From an uncultured Planctomycetia bacterium (GTDB taxonomy: Bacteria; Omnitrophota; Gorgyraeia; Duberdicusellales; 4484-171), in the NCBI GenBank assembly GCA_964629655.1, contig CAZVQU010000002.1:76643-140642 (forward strand): a stretch of DNA of 64,000 nucleotides, written 5' to 3'. Position numbers and translations under genes: made by a program. Positions 9,759-19,447 of this stretch are shown here, in pieces. Position 1 is the first letter of the stretch. Every line of letters begins with the position of its first letter. The notes beneath the pieces were generated by a model. It was not told the origin of the DNA. It ran no database searches and saw nothing but the letters and a program-made list of their open reading frames with translations.

Positions 9759-10151
9759 ATGTTTAGAGAAATTGTTAGTGTAATCGGAGCCTGGAACAGC
9801 AAAGTTAGGGTAAAGTTTACCAAGAAGGAAATGTGCTCCTGCTGTAAGCTCTCTGGTGTCTGCGGCATGGGTAGGGAAGTCTTGACCCTAGATAATCATA
9901 GCCTTACCCTAAAAGCCGGGGATAACATTGAAATTGGGATCGAAGAAAAAAAGACCCTCCTGGCCAGCTTGATTATGTTTCTTATGCCGGCACTACTCTT
10001 TGTATCCAGCCTAGTTTTCTTCAAAAAATACGGTGAGGTCTTAAGCTTTTCTCTTGCCATATCAATGCTTTGCGTCTATTATGTAGGTGTTAAGCTAATA
10101 TTAAAGAAAAAAAGTAAAGAATTCAATCTAAAAATCTTGCGTAAAATATAG
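9759..10151 (+). CDS. RseC/MucC-family (SoxR-reducing-system-like) membrane protein
   Basis: CSCC...GVCG cysteine cluster followed by two TM helices, resembling E. coli RseC. It directly follows rnfB, as in rsx-rseC arrangements. Confidence 0.6.
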   Translation: MFREIVSVIGAWNSKVRVKFTKKEMCSCCKLSGVCGMGREVLTLDNHSLTLKAGDNIEIGIEEKKTLLASLIMFLMPALLFVSSLVFFKKYGEVLSFSLAISMLCVYYVGVKLILKKKSKEFNLKILRKI

Positions 10152-10155
10152 ACTA

Positions 10156-10767
10156 ATGCCAGTAAAAAGAAATATTGCAGTCTTGGCCTCAGGAAACGGA
10201 ACCAATTTTCAAGCCCTGGCTAAAGCTATTTGCAAACAAAAACTAAAAGCCAAAATAAAACTCTTAATTACCGACAATAAAAATTCTTTTGTGCGTAAGC
10301 GGGCTAAGTGTTTAGGCATAAAGGATATCTTTATTAATCCCAGGGAATTTAAATCCGATCTGAAGTTTGATAAAAGAATCGTTAAGATTTTGAGGGAAGA
10401 AGGAATTGATTTAATAATTTTAGCCGGCTACATGAGAATTGTCTCATCCTTCTTTGTGAAAAGCTTTAACCAAAAAATTTTAAATATCCATCCGGCACTC
10501 CTGCCTGCTTTCAAGGGTACAAACGCTATTTCAAGAGCATTCAGGTATGGCTGCAAGGTAACCGGAGTAACTGTTCACTTCATTGATGAAAAAATTGATC
10601 ACGGACCAATAATCTTACAGGAAACTATAGAGATAAAAAAAGGGATGAGCGAGGCCAAGCTCGAAGAAAAAATCCATAGACTCGAACATAAATTATATCC
10701 CCAAGCTTTAAAGCTTATCTTAAATAGAAAAGTAAGAGTAAGAGGAAGATATGTCAAAATTATTTAA
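10156..10767 (+). CDS. purN: Phosphoribosylglycinamide formyltransferase
   Basis: IAVLASGNGTNFQAL, HPALLPAF and the overall PurN pattern. Confidence 0.8.
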   Translation: MPVKRNIAVLASGNGTNFQALAKAICKQKLKAKIKLLITDNKNSFVRKRAKCLGIKDIFINPREFKSDLKFDKRIVKILREEGIDLIILAGYMRIVSSFFVKSFNQKILNIHPALLPAFKGTNAISRAFRYGCKVTGVTVHFIDEKIDHGPIILQETIEIKKGMSEAKLEEKIHRLEHKLYPQALKLILNRKVRVRGRYVKII

Positions 10768-11212
10768 ACTTGCCCTTATCGGGTTCTGGTTTTTCTCTTC
10801 AGGACTCCTCTTAGCCGAAGCCTTACCCTTAGGGATAGGAGAAAAAATAATTGACGTTAAGGTCAATAAGAGAAAAGTCGAAACCGGTGAAATTTTTACC
10901 TACGAGATAATCGTGCAGGGAAACTTAGAATCATCAGCCCAATTAAAATTGCCGGAGTTTAAAAATTTTAAGGTTGTTTCCCAAAGCCAATCCCGGAACT
11001 ATTCGACCAAGGGCGGTGTAGCGAAAACAACTATCAACTTTTCTTACCATATTTTCGCCCCTAATCCTGGAGTCTATACTATTGAACCGGCTATCCTTGA
11101 GAGTGGAGAGAATAAATACCCGAGCCGGGCAATCACCATAAAGGCTAGAGGAAAACCCTTGGAAGAAAAGAGAAAAATCCTCCCTTACATTGAAAAAGGA
11201 ACAAATCTTTAA
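10751..11212 (+). CDS. BatD-like N-terminal-domain secreted protein
   Basis: Signal peptide and weak similarity to the BatD N-domain. Much shorter than full BatD. Confidence 0.35.
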   Translation: MSKLFKLALIGFWFFSSGLLLAEALPLGIGEKIIDVKVNKRKVETGEIFTYEIIVQGNLESSAQLKLPEFKNFKVVSQSQSRNYSTKGGVAKTTINFSYHIFAPNPGVYTIEPAILESGENKYPSRAITIKARGKPLEEKRKILPYIEKGTNL

Positions 11213-12036
11213 AATTCTACTTTAGATAAAGGAGCAAGGTTCTCAGGAGTATAGACTCTTACATCACCAGTCAAAAGGTTATTCACCTCTATCTCGTCTA
11301 TAACCCCGGGAGAGTTATAGATATCTAAAACTTCCTTTGTTGCCATTCTAGCTTCATCAAAAGGGTCTATTAATCCCTCTTGGGGTTTAGTTATTTTTAT
11401 ATTGAAATTTACTTTTAAATTATTGCCCCAATAGTGGGTAGAAACTTTGTTTAGTTGAAAATTCTCATTGAGCAAAGGTGAGTTAAACTTTTTTTCAAGA
11501 TCCTGAGCCACCAACGAAGCAATAAATTCACCAAGAGGTATATCATACTCCTGCATATGGGCACCGTAGAAATCACCGGCTGCATTTGGATTTGAAAAAG
11601 AAACGAAGACCGTTCTCCTGTTGCGTTCCTCATGAGAGATAAAACCTAAATTAAATTTTACCATATCAGGGATATACCCTATTGTGTAGGCATCGAAACC
11701 GATTTCCTTTATGCTTGAGGCCAAGATACAATAGAATTTTGGCCGATCTTCCATGCTTAAAAATACCCGGCCTAGAGTAAGTAAAATCTTTACCCAGACA
11801 TTTTGGACATCTTCACTCCATTGCCCATCTTCGGTAATCAATTCCTCCAGCGGCGCATAAACCCAGATAGTCTCACCAGATAATCTAGGCCTAACAAGAA
11901 CATTAAACTCATCTTTGCAGATGTCCCGTATTGATTTCTGAATATTCTTGCGCGAGTGAGTGGCAGGGATTGTGCAAGATGAGAGAAAAATTAGAATAAG
12001 GCTAATTAGGAGAGTTTTGGGAACGTTCTTTGCCAT
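11209..12036 (-). CDS. Hypothetical lipoprotein
   Basis: MAKNVPKTLLISLILIFLSSC lipobox. The longest ORF runs to 12102 and would overlap ftsH. No SD is visible for any candidate start, so the start is uncertain. Confidence 0.45.
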   Translation of the reverse strand: MAKNVPKTLLISLILIFLSSCTIPATHSRKNIQKSIRDICKDEFNVLVRPRLSGETIWVYAPLEELITEDGQWSEDVQNVWVKILLTLGRVFLSMEDRPKFYCILASSIKEIGFDAYTIGYIPDMVKFNLGFISHEERNRRTVFVSFSNPNAAGDFYGAHMQEYDIPLGEFIASLVAQDLEKKFNSPLLNENFQLNKVSTHYWGNNLKVNFNIKITKPQEGLIDPFDEARMATKEVLDIYNSPGVIDEIEVNNLLTGDVRVYTPENLAPLSKVEF

Positions 12037-13681
12037 GCCTTTTAAATATTTCAACAATCTCATCATATTCAAGTTCGCTCTTTTGAAGTAATTCTTTTGC
12101 AAAATATTCCAAGAGTTCTTTCTCGCTATTTAATATTTCACTAACCTCATTAAGGCAGTTTTTTAATATCTTCTGCACATCACCATCAATCTTACGCTTC
12201 GTCTCTTCTGAGAGAGGAGAAGCTTGACCGTAAGATAAAGAGGGATTTAATGCCTCGAAATTACCTAAAATACCACTTTCGCCCATACCGTAACGATAGA
12301 CCATGTCATGAGCAAGTTTTAAAGCCGAATCAAAATCACCGGACACGCCTGAGCTAGTAGTCCCGAATTTAGCTTTCTCAGCCGCATACCCACCTAAACA
12401 AGTTTTAATATTAGCAATAAACCACTCTCTTGACGGTGCATACATTTCTTCCTTGGGTCTATGGCCTACGTAGCCCAGAGCACCTCGACGCGGAACAATT
12501 GAAGCCTTTATAACATCGTCAGTAGGATGAGTGAGGTAGGCAACAATTGCGTGGCCGGATTCGTGGTAAGCAGTCCACTTTTTTTCTTTTTCACTCAAAA
12601 CAATCTGGCTCTGCAAACCAAAGACTACCCGATCGTAAGCCTCAGAGAGATCCTTGTAGGTAATCTTCCCGCACTTATTGCGAATAACAATCAAAGATGC
12701 CTCACGTACCATATTGGCAATATCAGCCGGAGAAAAGCCTATGGTTCTCTTAGCTAAAACACCGCTATCGATTTCAGGATCAGACTGAGCCTTGCTCAAA
12801 TAATATTCAAATAATTTCTTTCTATCTTCAAGTCGGGGTTTGCTTACATAAATTTTACGATCAAACCGACCGGCCCGCATAAGCGCCGAATCCAATTCAC
12901 TCTCACTGACATTAGTAGCAGCAACAACTACAATATTGTTCTCAGTCTGACGCAAACCATCCATCTCGGTAAGAAGCTGATTCACCGTAGCGTTATACGA
13001 CATGCCGCCGCCGAAACCTGAAACTCCAACTCGGGGACGAGCTATGGTATCAATTTCATCGATAAATACAAGACAACCGCCATGAAGATCAGCCAAGGCT
13101 CTGGCTTCTTTGAATAAAGACTTTAGGCGAGCTGCCCCCATGCCTACGAACATACCCATAAACTCACTTCCAACAGTTGCTAAAAAGGGGAGGCCAGTCT
13201 CAGTCGCAAGTGCTTTAGCTAAATAAGTCTTACCACAGCCAGGGGGCCCTGACATAAGAATACCTTTGATAATCTTTCCGCCAACACGTTTAAGCTGAGT
13301 TCGGTCTTTAAGTAAGCTTATTACCTCAGCTACTTCCCGTTTAGATGACTCCATCCCAACGACATCAGACCACTTTACATTCACGCTAGCACTTTTTATT
13401 CTTTTCTGGCCCATCTTAGTTAAACCACCGCCAAACATAAACCAATAGTGAAAGCCCATGTATATACTGGCAAAAGCAATTGCTGTGACTATAGCCATAA
13501 ACATCTGAAAAGGGATGCTAGCCAGGGTAGTCCGCTTATAGAATGACTCTAGCCCTATAAATTGTTGAATTCCAATAACCAGTAGGAAGACCACTCCTGA
13601 GACAAGGATAAGGAGAAGAGTAATCAGAACAATTTTTAGCCAGTGCGATTTAATTAGTTTTCCGAGGTTTTTGCCAGTCAT
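12002..13681 (-). CDS. ftsH: ATP-dependent zinc metalloprotease FtsH (short periplasmic loop)
   Basis: Walker A GPPGCGKTYLAKA, Walker B LVFIDEID and zinc site HESGHA. Two N-terminal TM helices are separated by only ~15 residues. Confidence 0.85.
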   Translation of the reverse strand: MTGKNLGKLIKSHWLKIVLITLLLILVSGVVFLLVIGIQQFIGLESFYKRTTLASIPFQMFMAIVTAIAFASIYMGFHYWFMFGGGLTKMGQKRIKSASVNVKWSDVVGMESSKREVAEVISLLKDRTQLKRVGGKIIKGILMSGPPGCGKTYLAKALATETGLPFLATVGSEFMGMFVGMGAARLKSLFKEARALADLHGGCLVFIDEIDTIARPRVGVSGFGGGMSYNATVNQLLTEMDGLRQTENNIVVVAATNVSESELDSALMRAGRFDRKIYVSKPRLEDRKKLFEYYLSKAQSDPEIDSGVLAKRTIGFSPADIANMVREASLIVIRNKCGKITYKDLSEAYDRVVFGLQSQIVLSEKEKKWTAYHESGHAIVAYLTHPTDDVIKASIVPRRGALGYVGHRPKEEMYAPSREWFIANIKTCLGGYAAEKAKFGTTSSGVSGDFDSALKLAHDMVYRYGMGESGILGNFEALNPSLSYGQASPLSEETKRKIDGDVQKILKNCLNEVSEILNSEKELLEYFAKELLQKSELEYDEIVEIFKRHGKERSQNSPN

Positions 13682-13837
13682 AAAATCACCTTATTTACAA
13701 TACCATAGATCCCGGAATTTGTCCATATAGCAGACGCCCCGAAAAATAAAAAAAACTCTTCCAAAGCTTAAAAAACCGTTTATAATATGAACGTAACAAT
13801 ACGTGGTTTGGAAACTAAACAGGCAAGGAGGCCCCGG

Positions 13838-14497
13838 ATGAAAAAAGAATTTCAGAAGCTTTCTTTTATTCTGTGTTTTACTTTGGGTTTTACATTTCTT
13901 ATTGTAACTATTGCTTTACCGGAACAGCTTACTCTCACCACCTATTATCCTTCTCCTTACGGAGTCTACGCAGAGCTCCGGGCACAACAAATGGCCATAG
14001 GAGATGCCTATTATGATCAAGCTACATATCCGACTATTGATGCCAATGCCGATTTAATAGTAGAGGGCCGCGTCGGCATCGGGATGGTGGCTCCCACTGA
14101 AATGCTGGAAATCTCGGGTGGAAAGTTAAAAGTGGCTAGCACAATAATTGATGACGGTGATATAAGCCGTTCCGATAGTGGCATTCTTAGTTTGGGTTCA
14201 GCAACTACAGTTGCAGTGGCATCTGTCCCTCCTTTTTCCGCGCCAATAATGCTTGATTCAGACAATGGTTCATTTCTTGTTAACCCAGCTGGGACTTCTG
14301 TATTTGACACAATTGATTTAAATGGAGAGTCTCGAAACAATTGGTCGATCAAGCAATGGAAACTTGTAAGCTGCACAGGGGTTGGTGCTGGCGGTCATTG
14401 CACACCAGCTTGCGGTGCTGGTTGGAGCTTAATTAGTAACATGGCAATTTCATCTTATGCCTATTGGACACATGTCGGGTTGTGTAAGGAAAACTAA
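13838..14497 (+). CDS. Secreted Cys-rich hypothetical protein, paralog 1
   Basis: Signal peptide, ANADLIVEGRVGIG motif and C-terminal CTG...HCTPACGAGWSLIS...WTHVGLC. ATG with AAGGAGG at -6. ~60% identity to paralog 2. Confidence 0.7.
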   Translation: MKKEFQKLSFILCFTLGFTFLIVTIALPEQLTLTTYYPSPYGVYAELRAQQMAIGDAYYDQATYPTIDANADLIVEGRVGIGMVAPTEMLEISGGKLKVASTIIDDGDISRSDSGILSLGSATTVAVASVPPFSAPIMLDSDNGSFLVNPAGTSVFDTIDLNGESRNNWSIKQWKLVSCTGVGAGGHCTPACGAGWSLISNMAISSYAYWTHVGLCKEN

Positions 14498-14529
14498 GTT
14501 CAAAAACAAAACAGGCAAGGAGGCCCTGG

Positions 14530-15210
14530 GTGTTTAAATTAAAAACCTTTACTCTTTTTTTTCTCTCGGGTTTCTTTTTGCTAGCCTCTAATTCCAGTGC
14601 TTTTGCCGGAACAGTCACCTTCACCACTTTCTACCCTATACCTTTTGGGGTTTACGACGAGCTCCGGGTAAAAAGAATGGCCATAGGAGATACCTATTAT
14701 GAACCATCTTCATATTGCTGGCCCGGTGGTCCTTGTGGATCTTCGAATATTGATGCTAATGCTGATTTAGTAGTCGAAGGCCGCGTCGGCATCGCAACAA
14801 TGACTCCCTCCGAAAGTCTGGAAATTTTAGGTGGAAGGTTAAAAGTGGCTAATACAATGGTAGATGCTAACGGGATAAACCGTTCCGATAATGGCACTCT
14901 TACTTTGGGTTTAACAACTACAGCTGCAGTGGCATCTGTTCCTCCTTTTTCCGCACCAGAAATGATTGATTCAGACAATGGTTCCTTTCTTGTTAACCCA
15001 GCTGGGACTTCTGTATTTAACATAATTGAATTAGGTGGAGTACAGCGGAGCACTTGGCCGGTCGAAGGATGGAAACTTGTATCATGCACCGGAGCTGATG
15101 CTGATGATCATTGCACGCCAAGTTGTGGTGCTGGTTGGAGCCTAATCAGCGATATACCAATCTCATCTTATGACCATTGGACACATCTTGGATTGTGTAA
15201 ACAAGATTAG
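14530..15210 (+). CDS. Secreted Cys-rich hypothetical protein, paralog 2
   Basis: GTG start with identical leader (aaacaggcaaggaggccctgg). Same motifs as paralog 1. Confidence 0.7.
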   Translation: MFKLKTFTLFFLSGFFLLASNSSAFAGTVTFTTFYPIPFGVYDELRVKRMAIGDTYYEPSSYCWPGGPCGSSNIDANADLVVEGRVGIATMTPSESLEILGGRLKVANTMVDANGINRSDNGTLTLGLTTTAAVASVPPFSAPEMIDSDNGSFLVNPAGTSVFNIIELGGVQRSTWPVEGWKLVSCTGADADDHCTPSCGAGWSLISDIPISSYDHWTHLGLCKQD

Positions 15211-15266
15211 AAATATCTAAAAGAAATATCTTGCCAAAGTTACCCTATATGCTATAATTCCTGCCT

Positions 15267-16259
15267 ATGGATTTTGAACAGAAAAGCCCGGATGAAATCT
15301 TACAAAGCTTAAAGGAAAAGTTTAATTTCCGCAAACCGCAAGGTGCCGGTCTGCCGTTAATAGTAGGAATTTTTCTTATTATATTCCTTTTAAAAGGAGC
15401 CTTCTACACTATCCAGCCCAGCGAAGTAGGAGTAATCTTGCGTTTCGGTAAATTCGTAAAAACTACTTCACCAGGCCTTCATTTTAAACTGCCGCTGGGA
15501 ATTGAAAAAGCGATTCCGGTACCGGTAGAAAAAATCTACACCAGTGAGTTTGGGTTTCGAACCCGCTCAGCAGGCGTAAAAACAGTATATAGCCAAAAAT
15601 CATACGACGATGAGTCCTTAATGCTTACCGGGGACTTGAATGTCTTGGACTTAGAGTGGATTGTCCAATTTAAAATAAAGGACCCTTTTATGGCCTTATT
15701 CAATGTCCGCAGCGTTGATAAAACAATAAGAGATATTTCAGAATCAGTTATGCGCAGAATTGTTGGCAACCATGCTTTTAATGAGGTGCTTACTACTAAG
15801 CGTATCGATATAAATAACCAGGCTCAAGATGAGATGCAAAAAATTCTTGATTCCTACGGAATTGGGATTCAAATTGTAAAAATTAAATTACAGGACGTTA
15901 ACCCTCCTAAACAGGTAAAGCCGGCTTTTAACGAAGTAAACCAAGCAAAACAGGAAAGGGAGAAGCTAAAAAACCAAGCCTGGGAGGTATATAATCAAAA
16001 AATACCTCAGGCTAAGGGTGAAGCCTTGAAAAGGATTAGGGAAGCTGAAGGGTATGCCCTTGAAAAAATTAACAGAGCCAAGGGTGATGCCAAGAGGTTT
16101 CTTCTTTTGTACGAAGAATATGCCAGGGCTAAGGAAGTAACTTCCAGACGTCTTTATCTGGAACAGATGCAAGACGTTTTAACTAAAGCTGGTAAAAAAT
16201 TTATAGTTGATCCTAAAGAAAAAGGGATTTTACCTTTACTAAAGCTGGGAAATGAATAA
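15267..16259 (+). CDS. hflK: Protease modulator HflK (SPFH/band-7)
   Basis: SPFH domain and the HflK-type coiled-coil tail NEVNQAKQEREKLKNQAWEVYNQ. Confidence 0.75.
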   Translation: MDFEQKSPDEILQSLKEKFNFRKPQGAGLPLIVGIFLIIFLLKGAFYTIQPSEVGVILRFGKFVKTTSPGLHFKLPLGIEKAIPVPVEKIYTSEFGFRTRSAGVKTVYSQKSYDDESLMLTGDLNVLDLEWIVQFKIKDPFMALFNVRSVDKTIRDISESVMRRIVGNHAFNEVLTTKRIDINNQAQDEMQKILDSYGIGIQIVKIKLQDVNPPKQVKPAFNEVNQAKQEREKLKNQAWEVYNQKIPQAKGEALKRIREAEGYALEKINRAKGDAKRFLLLYEEYARAKEVTSRRLYLEQMQDVLTKAGKKFIVDPKEKGILPLLKLGNE

Positions 16260-17211
16260 CAAAAACTTAGGCTTAATTATTCCGATTATCATTGTGGTCC
16301 TTATTCTAATAGGCAACCCGTTTTATATTGTTGGAGAAGGAAAGCAAGCAATAATTACTCAATTTGGCCAGCCTATCGGTGATCCGGTAAGTTCTGCCGG
16401 CCTGCATTTGAAACTTCCTTTCATTCAAAAGGTTACTTCTTTTGAAAAGCGGATATTGGAGTGGGATGGTTTTCCCAGTGAAATACCTACAAAAGACAAA
16501 CGATACATCTGGATAGATACTACTGCTCGCTGGAAAATAGTTGACGCCCTGAAGTTTTTCAAATCTGTTGCTAACGAAAGGGGCGCTCACGCAATACTTG
16601 ACGGTATAATTGATGCTGCTGTTAGGGATGCTGTTACCGCCCAAAATTCAGTCGAGGTTGTACGTTCGTCAAATCGGCTAATTCAGATAATTCAGAAACA
16701 AAAAATACTGTTAAAAGAAGAGTTCATTGACGAGGGAGCCTTAGCAACCATAAGAATGGGCCGAGAAAAAATTAGAAAAGAGATTGTCGAAAAGGCAAGA
16801 AACGATTTAGGTACACGCTATGGTATTATGCTTATAGATGTGCGGATTAAAAGAGTGAACTATATAGAGAAAGTCCGGCGTAATGTCTATGAACGGATGA
16901 TTGCTGAACGAAAACGGGCTGCCGAGCAGTATCGTTCAGAGGGAAGGGGTATTCGCGCAGAGGTCGAGGGAAAAACCGAGAAAGAGCTTAAAGAAATTCT
17001 GTCTAAAGCTTACAAGAAATCTCAGGAAATCAAAGGTGGCGCTGATGCTGAATCTACCAAGATCTATGCTGACGCTTACAATAAAGACCCTGAATTTTTC
17101 TCTTTCCTGAAAACCTTGGAGACCTATAACGCAACCGTAGATGAAGATACTACTGTTATTCTTACTACTGAAGGAGAATACTTTAAATATTTAACTGATA
17201 TCTCTCCCTGA
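16252..17211 (+). CDS. hflC: Protease modulator HflC
   Basis: N-terminal TM helix and SPFH domain. Start overlaps hflK. Confidence 0.75.
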   Translation: MNNKNLGLIIPIIIVVLILIGNPFYIVGEGKQAIITQFGQPIGDPVSSAGLHLKLPFIQKVTSFEKRILEWDGFPSEIPTKDKRYIWIDTTARWKIVDALKFFKSVANERGAHAILDGIIDAAVRDAVTAQNSVEVVRSSNRLIQIIQKQKILLKEEFIDEGALATIRMGREKIRKEIVEKARNDLGTRYGIMLIDVRIKRVNYIEKVRRNVYERMIAERKRAAEQYRSEGRGIRAEVEGKTEKELKEILSKAYKKSQEIKGGADAESTKIYADAYNKDPEFFSFLKTLETYNATVDEDTTVILTTEGEYFKYLTDISP

Positions 17212-17248
17212 AATATCTTTTCCCTAAAACCTAAGAAAAGATAAGAGC

Positions 17249-18100
17249 ATGAGTACAGCCATTTTACTTATTTCCTGCCCAGATCAAAAAGGCATTACCG
17301 CCTGCGTTACTGACTTCATCTACCAAAATAACGGAAACATTGAACACGCTGACCAACACATTGACTTTCAATTTAATACTTTCTTCATGCGGATTGAATG
17401 GTCTCTGAATGGTTTTAGGCTATCCAAAGAGAAAATAGCTAAAGAATTCTCATCCCTGGCTAAGAAGTTTAATGTAGGCTGGGAGCTTCATTTTAGCGAT
17501 ACTCCGGCAAAGGTAGCGATTTTTGCCTCTTATTCTACCCATTGCCTATACGACCTTCTTCTCAAATATAAGGAATCCTATTTTAACTGTCAAATACCTC
17601 TCATTATCAGCAATACTACAAAAACCAAACATATCGCCAAAGATTTTGGTATAAAGTTTATCCACTTACCCAAAGATACCAAGAATAAGGAAGAAATTGA
17701 GAAAAAAGAAATTGCTCTGCTCAAAAAGGAGAGCATCGATACTGTTGTCTTAGCCCGTTATACCCAAATTCTGACAAAGCAATTTGTTGATCAATTTCCT
17801 AATAAAATTATTAATATTCACCACTCATTTCTGCCGGCATTTATCGGGAATAATCCTTATCAGCAAGCCTACAAAAGAGGGGTGAAGATAATCGGTGCTA
17901 CCGGCCACTATGTTACTGAAAATTTAGATGCTGGCCCGATTATCGAACAGGATACTGCCCAAATAAGCCACCGCGACTCTGTGGAGGATTTAAAGAGAAA
18001 AGGGCAAGAACTAGAAAGAGTGGTTTTAAGCCAGGCTCTTCGCTGGCACCTCGAACGAAAAATACTGGTCTACAACAATAAAACCGTAATCTTCGATTAA
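17249..18100 (+). CDS. purU: Formyltetrahydrofolate deformylase
   Basis: N-terminal ACT-like domain plus a formyltransferase domain (HHSFLPAF, GATGHYV). Confidence 0.8.
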   Translation: MSTAILLISCPDQKGITACVTDFIYQNNGNIEHADQHIDFQFNTFFMRIEWSLNGFRLSKEKIAKEFSSLAKKFNVGWELHFSDTPAKVAIFASYSTHCLYDLLLKYKESYFNCQIPLIISNTTKTKHIAKDFGIKFIHLPKDTKNKEEIEKKEIALLKKESIDTVVLARYTQILTKQFVDQFPNKIINIHHSFLPAFIGNNPYQQAYKRGVKIIGATGHYVTENLDAGPIIEQDTAQISHRDSVEDLKRKGQELERVVLSQALRWHLERKILVYNNKTVIFD

Positions 18101-18115
18101 CACTACTCATAACAA

Positions 18116-19447
18116 GTGGGGGAAAAAGGGGAAATGAAAATTTTATCTAAGATGCTTCTGGTTACCCTAATCGGACTTACCCTGATAGCTGGCTGCGCAG
18201 CTGGAAAGCCTAAAGAAGACAAATTGGTTATTTGGCATTGGATGACTGATAGAAGAGATGCTTTTGCTGAATTAGCCCAAAAATATACCCAGGAAAGCGG
18301 ACTAAAGGTAGAGTTTAGGCTCTTCTTTCCTCCGGAGATATACTCCCAGAAAGTAATCGCTGCTGCCCGGGCAAAGACCCTTCCCGATATATTTGGAATC
18401 TTGGGTGAAAGAAAAACCTTATCGTCTTTTATTAAGGCTGGGTACATCTTAAACCTTTCCCCTTACATGAAGGAAAAAATAGACAGCCGGAGAGAGACCA
18501 CTATAAAGTGGAAAGATAATTTTTATCCTCAAACCTTAAAAATAGTTACTTTTCACGAAAACAATACCTATGGTGTTAACGCGGGTATCTACGGAGTCCC
18601 GATTGACACTACAATTATGCAATTTGTTTACAATAAAACCTTATTCGAGGAAGCTGGCCTGGACCCTGAAAAAAGCCCTAAAACAGTGGCTGAATTTATA
18701 TCTTTAGCCCAAACCATAAGAGAGAAATCCTCTGTAGCCGGATTTATCTGCGGATGGGGAGAGGGTTGGCTGCTTAATGCCCTGGCTACTGAATGGGCAA
18801 TAAATTCTATGGGTGAAGATAAATTCTTGAAAACCATTGAAGGGAAAATATCATACACTGATCCCGATTGGATAGATGTTTTCGCCTTATTTGCCAAGCT
18901 AAAGGATTCAGGAATTCTATCTCCTAATATTGCAACAATGACCAACAAAGAAGCCGAGGCAGCTTTTGCTAGAGGCAAAGCAGCTTTTTCCTTTAATGGT
19001 AGTTGGTCAGTAAATGTCTATAGACAACTCTCTGAAGACTTAGATTATGCTTTTTTCTCTCTACCCAAAATATCTAGTGATCATCCGGTAAAAGTATGGG
19101 GTGGAGCAGGTTCTTCTTTTATGGTTGATCCTAATTCTCTTAAAAAAGACCAAGCCGTAAAATTTTTAAAGTGGCTTAGCGCAAAAGAACAGCAGGAATT
19201 CTTGGCTAAAGAAACCAACAACTTACCGGCGATTAAGGATGTTGTCGAGAAATTACCGCCAATACTTAAAAATTTACTCCCTACCTTCGAAAACCTGACT
19301 CATCCTGACATCTGGCCAAAGAACGAGGATTCTCGGGTTATTGAAATTATGAACAGGGGCTTGCAACAAATCGTCATGGACCTAAAGACTCCCGAGGAAG
19401 TTGCTCAGGAAATACAGCTAAAAAAAGAAAAGGTATCACGCAGATGA
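18116..19447 (+). CDS. Carbohydrate ABC transporter substrate-binding lipoprotein (family 1)
   Basis: LIAGCAAG lipobox and an extracellular solute-binding family-1 pattern. ~443 aa. Confidence 0.7.
   Translation: MGEKGEMKILSKMLLVTLIGLTLIAGCAAGKPKEDKLVIWHWMTDRRDAFAELAQKYTQESGLKVEFRLFFPPEIYSQKVIAAARAKTLPDIFGILGERKTLSSFIKAGYILNLSPYMKEKIDSRRETTIKWKDNFYPQTLKIVTFHENNTYGVNAGIYGVPIDTTIMQFVYNKTLFEEAGLDPEKSPKTVAEFISLAQTIREKSSVAGFICGWGEGWLLNALATEWAINSMGEDKFLKTIEGKISYTDPDWIDVFALFAKLKDSGILSPNIATMTNKEAEAAFARGKAAFSFNGSWSVNVYRQLSEDLDYAFFSLPKISSDHPVKVWGGAGSSFMVDPNSLKKDQAVKFLKWLSAKEQQEFLAKETNNLPAIKDVVEKLPPILKNLLPTFENLTHPDIWPKNEDSRVIEIMNRGLQQIVMDLKTPEEVAQEIQLKKEKVSRR

Noticed and set aside
14017-15089. Two 119-130-aa minus-strand ORFs (14017-14376, 14697-15089) lying antisense to the secreted paralog genes
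   Set aside because: They mirror each other only because the sense genes are paralogs. The translations are low-complexity and lack starts with an RBS. The sense genes have signal peptides, conserved Cys motifs and matched RBS leaders.
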